Below the pieces are notes generated by a model, which saw only the letters and a program-made list of their open reading frames with translations, did not search any database and had not been told where the DNA came from. Below are positions 6,501-14,204 of a DNA stretch of 21,885 nucleotides, in pieces. The DNA is from Minisyncoccia bacterium (GTDB lineage Bacteria; Patescibacteriota; Minisyncoccia; Phycocordibacterales; UBA918), in assembly GCA_964229335.1 (NCBI GenBank), contig CAXRCZ010000011.1:1-21885 (forward strand). Direction: 5' to 3'. How positions within the stretch are numbered: position 1 is the stretch's first letter; each line of letters begins with the position of its first letter. Both the position numbers and the translations under genes were made by a program.

Positions 6501-6686
6501 ATGGCTAAAAAGTCTATGATCGTAAAGGCGCAACGCGCGCCAAAATACAAATCACGAGTCGTACGTCGTTGTACTTTATGTGGACGACCGCACGGCTACA
6601 TGCGTGACTTTGATATGTGTCGGATTTGCTTCCGCGAATTAGCACATGAAGGCGAGATTCCAGGCGTAAAGAAATCATCATGGTAG
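6501..6686 (+). CDS. rpsN: 30S ribosomal protein uS14, short zinc-binding (C+) type
   Basis: 61 aa MAKKS...[37 protein letters not shown] with two CxxC pairs. Confidence 0.98.
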   Translation: MAKKSMIVKAQRAPKYKSRVVRRCTLCGRPHGYMRDFDMCRICFRELAHEGEIPGVKKSSW

Positions 6687-7075
6687 GAGACACAATCGGC
6701 GATTTCATCATCCGTCTAAAGAACGGGGGTATGGTAGGCAAGGACACTGTTTCTGTCCCATACTCAAAATTACGTCACAGTATCGCCCAAAAACTCGTTG
6801 ATGCCGGCTACATCGCATCAGCCGACGCACAAGGCAAAGAAGTGCAAAGCAAAACCCTTGAAATCAAACTTCGCTACGAAAATGGTGCCCACCGCATCAA
6901 CGGCGTGAAGCGTGTTTCAAAACCAGGTCGACGATTATACACCAAAGTTGCAGACCTTCACCCGGTTAAATTCGGCAAAGGTCACCTAATTCTTTCTACT
7001 CCAGCCGGCATTCTTACTAACGAGGAAGCCAAGGAGAAAAAAGTCGGTGGTGAGCAACTATTCATTATTTGGTAA
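6680..7075 (+). CDS. rpsH: 30S ribosomal protein uS8
   Basis: [12 protein letters not shown]...[10 protein letters not shown]...[12 protein letters not shown]....VGGE; overlaps the rpsN stop. Confidence 0.97.
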   Translation: MVGDTIGDFIIRLKNGGMVGKDTVSVPYSKLRHSIAQKLVDAGYIASADAQGKEVQSKTLEIKLRYENGAHRINGVKRVSKPGRRLYTKVADLHPVKFGKGHLILSTPAGILTNEEAKEKKVGGEQLFIIW

Positions 7076-7077
7076 AT

Positions 7078-7608
7078 ATGAGTCGTTTAGGAAAAAACCC
7101 AATTACTATCCCGAACGGGGTAGAAATCAATAAAGACGGGAAGACACTAACCGTCAAAGGACCAAAAGCGACGTTGACTCGTGAGTTTCGTGACGACGTC
7201 ACTATTGAAATTAAAGACGGTGAAGTAATCCTTACACCCGGTACTACGGACCTAGCGCCAGCGCTATGGGGCACCTACGCATCACACGTAACTAACATGA
7301 TTACTGGTGCTACCGAAGGATTTACTCGAGTACTTGAAATTGAAGGGGTGGGATATCGTGCTGCCGTGACTGGCAATGAAATTGTTCTTAACGTTGGTTT
7401 TTCTCACCCAGTGCATCTGACCATTCCAGAAGGCATTACCGCTGAAGTGGTGAAAAACACTATTACCCTTACCGGTAGTGACAAAGACGCGCTTGGCCAA
7501 TTTGCCGCCAACGTACGCAAAGTGAAGAAACCTGAACCGTACAAAGGAAAGGGAATTCGCTACCAGGGAGAATACATTATCAGAAAACAAGGCAAGAAAG
7601 CCGTCTAA
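7078..7608 (+). CDS. rplF: 50S ribosomal protein uL6
   Basis: MSRLGKNPI...VKGPK...GVGYRA...GFSHPV...KPEPYKGKGIRY; ATG at 7078. Confidence 0.98.
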   Translation: MSRLGKNPITIPNGVEINKDGKTLTVKGPKATLTREFRDDVTIEIKDGEVILTPGTTDLAPALWGTYASHVTNMITGATEGFTRVLEIEGVGYRAAVTGNEIVLNVGFSHPVHLTIPEGITAEVVKNTITLTGSDKDALGQFAANVRKVKKPEPYKGKGIRYQGEYIIRKQGKKAV

Positions 7609-7656
7609 GGTTCAAAATAGCAGTATTTTGAATTTTAGATTTGTAACCATATCAAT

Positions 7657-8007
7657 ATGATCAACAAATCAAACACCAAGACGGCTAAGCGTGCCGTACG
7701 CCACAAGCGCCTTCGTGCCAAAGTGGTTGGTACCGCTTCTCGCCCACGTCTGGCTGTCTTCAAAAGCAACAAGTTTGTGTACGCACAACTAATTGACGAT
7801 GAAGCAGAAAAAACCTTGGCCGCAGCCGACTCACGCACTGAAAAAGGTTCTCGACTAGAGAGCGCCAAAGCAGTGGGTGAAGCAGTCGCTAAAAAAGCCA
7901 AAGAACAGAAAATTGAAAGCGCAGTCTTCGATCGCGGCGGATTCCAATACAAAGGAATTGTAGCTGCAGTAGCAGACGGCGCTCGTGAGGGAGGTCTCGT
8001 ACTCTAG
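7657..8007 (+). CDS. rplR: 50S ribosomal protein uL18
   Basis: [30 protein letters not shown]...[11 protein letters not shown]...ADGAREGGL. Confidence 0.98.
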   Translation: MINKSNTKTAKRAVRHKRLRAKVVGTASRPRLAVFKSNKFVYAQLIDDEAEKTLAAADSRTEKGSRLESAKAVGEAVAKKAKEQKIESAVFDRGGFQYKGIVAAVADGAREGGLVL

Positions 8008-8045
8008 TGCGAACTCAAACACATTTATAACTCTATAATTACTTT

Positions 8046-8663
8046 ATGTCAGAAGAAAAACAGCAGGAAGCTACAACTGGAGTAACTACTCCAGACTCTG
8101 CCGCTCCAAAGAAAGAGTCGGCAACCGATGCACCAGCTGTCGCTACGGATCAGAAACGACCGCGCCGGCGACCAGGTGGTGATAAACGACAACGTCGACC
8201 ACGACGTGGTGGAAGAACTGAACGAGTTCGACCGGAATTTGATCAAAAGATTATCAGCATCCGCCGCGTAACTCGTGTTATGGCTGGTGGTCGTCGATTC
8301 TCTTTCTCAGTCTCAATGGTGATTGGAGACAAAAAAGGAAAAGTTGGTGTTGGAGTTGGAAAAGCTTCAGACACACAGCTAGCTATCCAAAAAGCGGCTC
8401 GAGATGCCAAAAAGAACCTAATCATTATTCCAATGAACAAAGATGGTCATATTCCTCACGACGTACACACCAAGTACGCTTCAAGTGAAGTGATGATTAT
8501 GCCAGCACCTGGTCGCGGACTTGTAGCTGGTTCGTCTGTCCGTACCGTCCTCGAACTGGGAGGAGTAAAGGATGTTACTGCGAAGATCTTTTCTCGCAGT
8601 AAAAACAAACTTAACAACGCACGCGCTGCTGTCGAAGCGCTCAAGCAACTAAAGAAAAACTAG
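8046..8663 (+). CDS. rpsE: 30S ribosomal protein uS5 with long N-terminal extension
   Basis: IRRVTRVMAGGRRFSF...GDKKGKVGVG.GKA...PAPGRGLVAG..VR.VLELGGVKD. Confidence 0.98.
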   Translation: MSEEKQQEATTGVTTPDSAAPKKESATDAPAVATDQKRPRRRPGGDKRQRRPRRGGRTERVRPEFDQKIISIRRVTRVMAGGRRFSFSVSMVIGDKKGKVGVGVGKASDTQLAIQKAARDAKKNLIIIPMNKDGHIPHDVHTKYASSEVMIMPAPGRGLVAGSSVRTVLELGGVKDVTAKIFSRSKNKLNNARAAVEALKQLKKN

Positions 8664-8664
8664 T

Positions 8665-9114
8665 ATGCAACTTCATGAACTAAAACCAACCAACAAGCGG
8701 AAAACCGCTAAACGAGTTGGTCGTGGTGGAAAGCGCGGCAAGACCTCGGGTCGTGGACACAAAGGACAACTAGCGCGTGCTGGTAACAGCACTCGTCCAG
8801 AAATGCGTGAGCTGATCAAAAAGCTACCAAAGCTTCGTGGTCACGGAACCAACCGAGCCCGTACCGTAAATGCAGAACGTGATCTACCAACCGTAGTAAA
8901 CGTGAGCGAGCTCGACAAAGCATTCGACGCAGGCGCCACTGTATCTCCTAAAACCTTAGTAGCCGCTGGTGTAATTAACTCTGTACGAAAGCGAGCGCCA
9001 AAAGTGAAGATTCTTGGAAACGGAGAACTTAGCACTAAATTACAAGTAGAAGATTGTCAGGTTTCAGCTTCAGCAAAAGAAAAAATTGAGAAAGCTGGCG
9101 GAAGTGTCAAATAA
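8665..9114 (+). CDS. rplO: 50S ribosomal protein uL15
   Basis: MQLHELKP...RVGRGGKRGKTSGRGHKGQ.AR...KILGNGEL...SASAKEKIEKAGG. Confidence 0.98.
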   Translation: MQLHELKPTNKRKTAKRVGRGGKRGKTSGRGHKGQLARAGNSTRPEMRELIKKLPKLRGHGTNRARTVNAERDLPTVVNVSELDKAFDAGATVSPKTLVAAGVINSVRKRAPKVKILGNGELSTKLQVEDCQVSASAKEKIEKAGGSVK

Positions 9115-9133
9115 GCGATAGCATAGACATATC

Positions 9134-10405
9134 ATGCAGAACTTCCTTCAAAAACTAAAAATAATCTTCACTGAACCAGCTATTCGCAACCGAATTCTCT
9201 TTGTACTATTTGCTCTCCTTATCTTCCGTGTATTGGCAGCTGTGCCAATTCCGGGAGTAGATCAGACGGTGCTAGAGCAATTCTTCACCAACAACCAGTT
9301 TCTTGGATTACTCAACATCTTCTCAGGAGGTGGGTTAGCTAACCTATCGATTGTGATGCTTGGGGTCGGTCCATTCATTACTGCGTCTATTATCATGCAG
9401 TTGATGACAGTAATGTCACCAAAGCTGAAAAGCTTGTACACCGAAGAAGGTGAAGCTGGACGCGCTAAATTCACTCAATACAGTCGTATGTTGACTGTGC
9501 CACTGGCTGTATTGCAAGGGTTTGGCTTCCTTACTCTATTGCAGAGCCAAGGAGTACTACCTGGTCTGTCGACCTTTGAGTTTGCAGTTAATGTAATCTT
9601 GGTAGTAGCTGGATCTATATTACTGATGTGGATTGGTGAATTGGTCACCGAATATGGGATTGGAAACGGTGTCTCTATCATCATCTTCGCTGGTATTGTG
9701 GCCAGCCTTCCATCAACAGCGAGTCAGTTGTACTTTGGCTTTGATCAATCACAATTGCCGCTATACATTGGCTTTGGAGTAGTAGCGTTAGCTATCATCT
9801 ATGCCGTTGTCTATATGACAGAAGCCGAGCGACCAGTGCCAGTCACCTATGCCAAGCAGAGTCGTGGAGGTAATACGTATGGGGGTAGTACTTCATACTT
9901 GCCACTACGTATCAACCAAGCTGGAGTTATCCCAATCATCTTTGCCTTGTCAGTGCTTTTGTTCCCACAAATGGTACTCAACGTCTTAGGTTCATTTGAC
10001 CTAGCTTGGACTACGACTGCCAATCAAGTTGTGACTGACTTCATGAACAATGCATGGTACTACGGAATCACTTACTTTATACTGGTATTCTTGTTCACGT
10101 ACTTCTACACCGCGGTCACCTTTGACCCGGATGCAATGTCCAAGAACTTGCAACGAAATGGCGCGTTCATTCCAGGTATTCGCCCAGGTGAGCGAACAGC
10201 CGAATATCTAGGAAATGTAGTTACTCGACTTACCCTAGTCGGAGCTATCTTCCTCGGTATCGTGGCGGTATTGCCAGTCGGTATGCAAATTATCACCGGT
10301 GTAGCAGCTCTTGCTATCGGTGGTACGGCGGTCTTGATTGTCGTGTCAGTGGTACTGGACCTAATCCGACGTCTCGACGCCCAAGTCTCACTTAGAGAAT
10401 ATTAA
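9134..10405 (+). CDS. secY: Preprotein translocase subunit SecY
   Basis: Polytopic membrane protein; LGVGPFITASIIMQL, GIGNGVSIIIFAGI, AGVIPIIFA, FIPGIRPG, IGGT..LIVV; follows rplO. Confidence 0.98.
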   Translation: MQNFLQKLKIIFTEPAIRNRILFVLFALLIFRVLAAVPIPGVDQTVLEQFFTNNQFLGLLNIFSGGGLANLSIVMLGVGPFITASIIMQLMTVMSPKLKSLYTEEGEAGRAKFTQYSRMLTVPLAVLQGFGFLTLLQSQGVLPGLSTFEFAVNVILVVAGSILLMWIGELVTEYGIGNGVSIIIFAGIVASLPSTASQLYFGFDQSQLPLYIGFGVVALAIIYAVVYMTEAERPVPVTYAKQSRGGNTYGGSTSYLPLRINQAGVIPIIFALSVLLFPQMVLNVLGSFDLAWTTTANQVVTDFMNNAWYYGITYFILVFLFTYFYTAVTFDPDAMSKNLQRNGAFIPGIRPGERTAEYLGNVVTRLTLVGAIFLGIVAVLPVGMQIITGVAALAIGGTAVLIVVSVVLDLIRRLDAQVSLREY

Positions 10406-10519
10406 TTTCTCCCGTGACTTTGTTGGACTACGATAACTTTTATCTCACCGTACGCTTGTACGACTCGAAAAAAGTTTTTTGTCCGCCTCGTCTCGAAAGA
10501 AATTTATCACTCTCTAAGT
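10390..10519 (-). repeat. Rod-shaped structured element overlapping the secY stop (antisense)
   Basis: Outer stem ACTTAGAGA/TCTCTAAGT. Minus strand reads GAGGC-GGAC...GAGTCGTAC-aagc-GTACGGTGAG...GTCC-AACAAAGT; the same motifs occur at 16897-17024. Confidence 0.75.
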
Positions 10520-10543
10520 AAAGTAATAAAAAGATAGTTGAAA

Positions 10544-10578
10544 TAAGAAAAAACAGCCCAGCGGGCTGTTTTTTCTTA
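10544..10578. terminator. Bidirectional terminator between secY and the convergent kinase gene
   Basis: TAAGAAAAAACAGCCC-agc-GGGCTGTTTTTTCTTA, perfect 16-bp arms. Confidence 0.85.
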
Positions 10579-10588
10579 CGTATGGTGC

Positions 10589-11158
10589 CTACTGGCTCTG
10601 CCACTTTTTAAATTCGGCGACGATGGTTGCCACCACTTTGTCTGGTTCGTTGCTTTCAGTATCTATTACTAAATCGTAGTTCTCTGGGTTGTAGGGATTT
10701 ACTTGATACAAATCTTGGTAGCGCTTTGTTTCACTAGCGAGTCGGTTTGCGAGGACTTCAGCATACTCTTCTGCGGTGGCTGGAATGTGTTCAGCGTGAC
10801 GGCGTTCTTCATCAAGTTTGTTCATGATACGTTCGGCGGCGGTCAGGAGATCGAGCTCTAGATAGACACGAAACGAATATGGCATCCAGTGCCACGCCAT
10901 CCGAGAATCAATCACTAGATTGTCTTCTTCCGCGCCCAAATCGCGGAGTTTCTGATCAACCAAGTGATCGATATCTTTTTCTTCTTCTGCTACTAGGTTG
11001 GTTTCCAACACGTCAATGCCGCGCTCGTTCCCAATTGCTCGGAAAAAATCTCCAGAAGAAAAATGTTGGTAACCGAGAACCTCAGCTACTTTTTTTGAAG
11101 TGGTGGATTTACCGCTCCCCGGTTTGCCAGCGATAGTGATAATCTGCTTTTTTTCCAT
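10589..11158 (-). CDS. cmk: Cytidylate kinase, archaeal-type family
   Basis: IITIAGKPGSGKSTT P-loop, SSGDFFR..G.ERG, IDHLVD, VIDSR.A, R..SE..RY..LY, YDLVIDT: pattern of the short archaeal-type CMP kinases. Confidence 0.8.
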   Translation of the reverse strand: MEKKQIITIAGKPGSGKSTTSKKVAEVLGYQHFSSGDFFRAIGNERGIDVLETNLVAEEEKDIDHLVDQKLRDLGAEEDNLVIDSRMAWHWMPYSFRVYLELDLLTAAERIMNKLDEERRHAEHIPATAEEYAEVLANRLASETKRYQDLYQVNPYNPENYDLVIDTESNEPDKVVATIVAEFKKWQSQ

Positions 11159-11242
11159 AATGTTGAGTAGAGTAGCATTTTCTTGAAATTTTATCTAACC
11201 GATGTAGACTAAGGCTTCATCACTAGCAGTCTAGTAAATTAT

Positions 11243-11836
11243 ATGGAACCAATCACCGTTATCTTTATCGGCCCACAAGGAAGTGGAAAGGGAACTCAAA
11301 TTCAAAAGCTTTTCGAAATCTTATCAAAGCGTGATCCAGCCCGCCGAATTGTCGATATCCAAACTGGCCGACGCTTTCGAGCTTTGGCTGCGAAGCACGA
11401 AACATTTGCCGAAAAGAAAGTAGCCAAGACGCTTGATAGCGGACAACTGCAACCGGACTTCTTGACGCATATTCTCTGGGGGCAAGCCATGCTTGATCAG
11501 CTAGACAACAAGAGTCACTTATTGATTGATGGTTTCCCAAGAACGGTAAATCAAGCAGAGGTGCTCGAAGATGCACTCGATTTCTTTGAACGTGAAGAGT
11601 TACAAATCATCAATTTAGATACGCCTGAAGAAGTAGTACGAGAACGGATGATGTCTCGAGCTCGTGAAGATGACACCAAAGAATCAATCGAGACAAGACT
11701 AGCTTGGTATCGAGAGGATACGCTTCCAGTTCTTGATTATTATCGAGTGCGGCCATCTACCACTGTCCATGACATTGATGGTACGCAGCAGATTGAAGCT
11801 GTTCATGAGTCAGTCTTAGAGGCTTTAAACTTATAA
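11243..11836 (+). CDS. adk: Adenylate kinase family NMP kinase, short-LID type
   Basis: GPQGSGKGTQ, TGRRFR, IDGFPRTVNQA, R.REDD...I..RL..Y; canonical position between secY and map. Confidence 0.88.
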   Translation: MEPITVIFIGPQGSGKGTQIQKLFEILSKRDPARRIVDIQTGRRFRALAAKHETFAEKKVAKTLDSGQLQPDFLTHILWGQAMLDQLDNKSHLLIDGFPRTVNQAEVLEDALDFFEREELQIINLDTPEEVVRERMMSRAREDDTKESIETRLAWYREDTLPVLDYYRVRPSTTVHDIDGTQQIEAVHESVLEALNL

Positions 11837-12609
11837 TGATTACAAAAAAAACAACCGAAGAAATTGAGGTATTGAGTGAAGCCGGGAGTATTCTAGCCGC
11901 TATGCTCAAGCGCTTGGGACAAGCCTGCTTGCCCGGGGTGACCACGCTAGAGTTGGATGATCTGGCTATGCAATTGGTCGAAGAGTACGACGTTGAACCA
12001 ATTCTTCTAGGGTATCATCCAGGATTTGCTGATCGTCCATATCCAGCTGCAGTTTGTATATCAGTCAACGAATGTGTTCAGCATGGTGTACCAAGTGAAG
12101 GGGTGGTTTTGGCTGAAGGAGATGTGGTTAACATCGATATGTCTATCGCTTATCAGGGTATGGTAGTTGATTCTGGCATCACTGTCGGAGTAGGTGAGAT
12201 AAGTAAAGAAGCTACGAAGTTACTCGAGGTCACAAAAGAAGCTTTGGCTCTCGGTATCAAACAAGCCAAACCAGGCAATCACATCGGAGATATCAGCCAC
12301 GCCATCCAAACCCTAGTCGAATCACGTGGATTGTCTGTAGTAAAAGTGTTGTGTGGCCACGGGGTTGGCTACGACCTTCACGAAGAGCCTTCTATTCCTA
12401 ACTATGGCCGAGCTGGTACTGGTCCAAAGATTGAAGTCGGTCACGTGTACGCTATTGAACCAATCGTAAACCTCGGCACAGACGATGTGTATTTTGATGA
12501 TGAAGGAGACGGGTATAGTGTCTACACGAAAGACGGCTCCTACAGTGCTCATTTTGAGCACACAGTAGCTATTACTGAAAACGGTCCAATGATTCTTACC
12601 AAAGAATAA
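11836..12609 (+). CDS. map: Methionine aminopeptidase type I
   Basis: CISVNE..QHGVP, NID...DSG.T, GHGVG..LHEEP, AIEP, SAHFEHT. Confidence 0.97.
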   Translation: MITKKTTEEIEVLSEAGSILAAMLKRLGQACLPGVTTLELDDLAMQLVEEYDVEPILLGYHPGFADRPYPAAVCISVNECVQHGVPSEGVVLAEGDVVNIDMSIAYQGMVVDSGITVGVGEISKEATKLLEVTKEALALGIKQAKPGNHIGDISHAIQTLVESRGLSVVKVLCGHGVGYDLHEEPSIPNYGRAGTGPKIEVGHVYAIEPIVNLGTDDVYFDDEGDGYSVYTKDGSYSAHFEHTVAITENGPMILTKE

Positions 12610-12678
12610 CCAACTAGATAACTATTTTGTAATTTTTTACCTCCCGGGCTATACTGCCACCACCTAATATTGAATTTT

Positions 12679-13266
12679 ATGGAAACACACCCACACCAAG
12701 AACGATCGCTAGTACTTCTCAAGCCTGACAGCGTACAACGCAGTCTGGTCGGAGAAATCATAAAGCGCTTTGAACAAACTGGCCTCAAGATTACCGCCAT
12801 GAAAATGATTGTCCCGAGCGAGGCGCAATTACTCGAGCACTACAACAAAGATGATGACTGGTACGAACGAAAAGGAAAAGGTATTGTCGAAGAGCTAGCC
12901 CAACAAGGTAAGGAGGTTGATAAGGAAGCGATTGAATACGGTAAAGACATTATTCGTACTATCGTGCACTACATGACGGCAGCCCCAGTGGTAGCTATGG
13001 TACTAGAAGGGAATAAAGCCGTGGCCGTGGTTTCTAAAATTGTCGGCAGTACTGAGCCAGCCACATCAGATGTAGGAACCATTCGTGGAGACTATACAGT
13101 TGATTCATACTTCCATGCCACTTACGAAAACCGGGCAGTCCGCAACTTGGTGCATCAATCAGAATCACCAGAAGAAGCCGAGCGAGAAATCGCCATTTGG
13201 TTCGATGACAAAGAAATGATGAAGTACACATCGGCGCAAGAGAGAATTCTCTACAACGCTGAGTAA
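12679..13266 (+). CDS. ndk: Nucleoside diphosphate kinase with an internal insertion
   Basis: ERSLVLLKPDSVQRSLVGEIIKRFE..G, G.T.P.....GTIRGDY, RNLVH.S; ATG at 12679; promoter-like TTGTAA-17-TATACT at 12627-12655. Confidence 0.95.
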   Translation: METHPHQERSLVLLKPDSVQRSLVGEIIKRFEQTGLKITAMKMIVPSEAQLLEHYNKDDDWYERKGKGIVEELAQQGKEVDKEAIEYGKDIIRTIVHYMTAAPVVAMVLEGNKAVAVVSKIVGSTEPATSDVGTIRGDYTVDSYFHATYENRAVRNLVHQSESPEEAEREIAIWFDDKEMMKYTSAQERILYNAE

Positions 13267-13300
13267 GAAAACGCTCCCATTATGGGAGCGTTTTCTTTTT
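13265..13300 (+). terminator. Intrinsic terminator after ndk
   Basis: AAGAAAACGCTCCC-attat-GGGAGCGTTTTCTTTTT. Confidence 0.85.
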
Positions 13301-13341
13301 CCTAAATAGTCTGTATAGTAAAACCAGAAAGGAGCCTTAGT

Positions 13342-13662
13342 ATGCGTTATTCTCACGAATGCGTAATAGCTGGCCTTGCACTATCAAGTTTTTTCTTTGT
13401 TCCGGTTATGGATTATCAACCAGCAGGTTTCACTTATGCACCCTGGTGGATCGAATATGTACTGATAGTGCCCGCCGTAACCAGTTTCCTATATTGGATA
13501 TGTAAAAAATATCCAAGAGCATGGAACCGTAGTCGCCACCTCAAGTTATGGTTGAGGTGGCGATTTTTCGTGTTACCATTATTAGTGGAACCACATCCGT
13601 ATGTTCCGGAATACATAGCATCAGGGCTGCCTGAACTCGCGAGGAGTAATGAGAACCAGTGA
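13342..13662 (+). CDS. Hypothetical small membrane protein
   Basis: 106 aa with 2-3 hydrophobic, Trp-rich segments; strong SD GAAAGGAG 7 nt upstream; bounded by terminators. Confidence 0.55.
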   Translation: MRYSHECVIAGLALSSFFFVPVMDYQPAGFTYAPWWIEYVLIVPAVTSFLYWICKKYPRAWNRSRHLKLWLRWRFFVLPLLVEPHPYVPEYIASGLPELARSNENQ

Positions 13663-13736
13663 TGGATTTCAGACACGAATCGGATAGGGTGCCCACCTGA
13701 TAAAAAAGTCAGGGAGCATGCGTCTGTGGTTCCATC

Positions 13737-13767
13737 AAAAATGCACCTCTTTGGAGGTGTATTTTTT
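13737..13767 (+). terminator. Intrinsic terminator
   Basis: AAAAATGCACCTC-tttg-GAGGTGTATTTTTT. Confidence 0.75.
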
Positions 13768-13790
13768 ATGGTAAATGCTACTATGCAGGT

Positions 13791-14165
13791 ATGATTCCGC
13801 GCCGCATTCTTTTCTTTGTTTTGTTAGCTGCGCTATTTGCTATGACTCATGCCTTTGCAGTCGAGACGGCTTTATACTGGTACTACCCGTCATTTGATAT
13901 CATCATGCATTTCTGGGGTGGTGCCTTGATTGTGTTTAGTGTTCAGGCTCTTTCGACATTATCTTTTTTTCCTCTCAAACCAAATTTCATTACTATCGCA
14001 CTGGTACTGGTACTGGTTATGGTTTCCTGGGAAGTATTTGAGCGCTCAGCTGGTCTCTACAATACTGAGACCTACATCTTTGACACCGCCAAAGACCTTA
14101 TAGTTGGTTCACTAGGTGCGGCAGTAGCCTACCTATTATTTACCTCCAAAAAAGAGACCGAATAA
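13791..14165 (+). CDS. Four-TM membrane protein, VanZ/DUF2238-like
   Basis: FDIIMHFWGG, WEVFE and DTAKDL..G..G motifs embedded in hydrophobic helices. Confidence 0.65.
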   Translation: MIPRRILFFVLLAALFAMTHAFAVETALYWYYPSFDIIMHFWGGALIVFSVQALSTLSFFPLKPNFITIALVLVLVMVSWEVFERSAGLYNTETYIFDTAKDLIVGSLGAAVAYLLFTSKKETE

Positions 14166-14204
14166 GCGACTTACAGATACACCGCTCCTTGCTATACTAC
14201 ACTC

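Noticed and set aside
1610-10296. Many antisense or alternate-frame ORFs over ribosomal genes and secY (e.g. 2234-2830 minus, 198 aa)
   Set aside because: Shadow ORFs of strongly conserved genes with no recognisable motifs.
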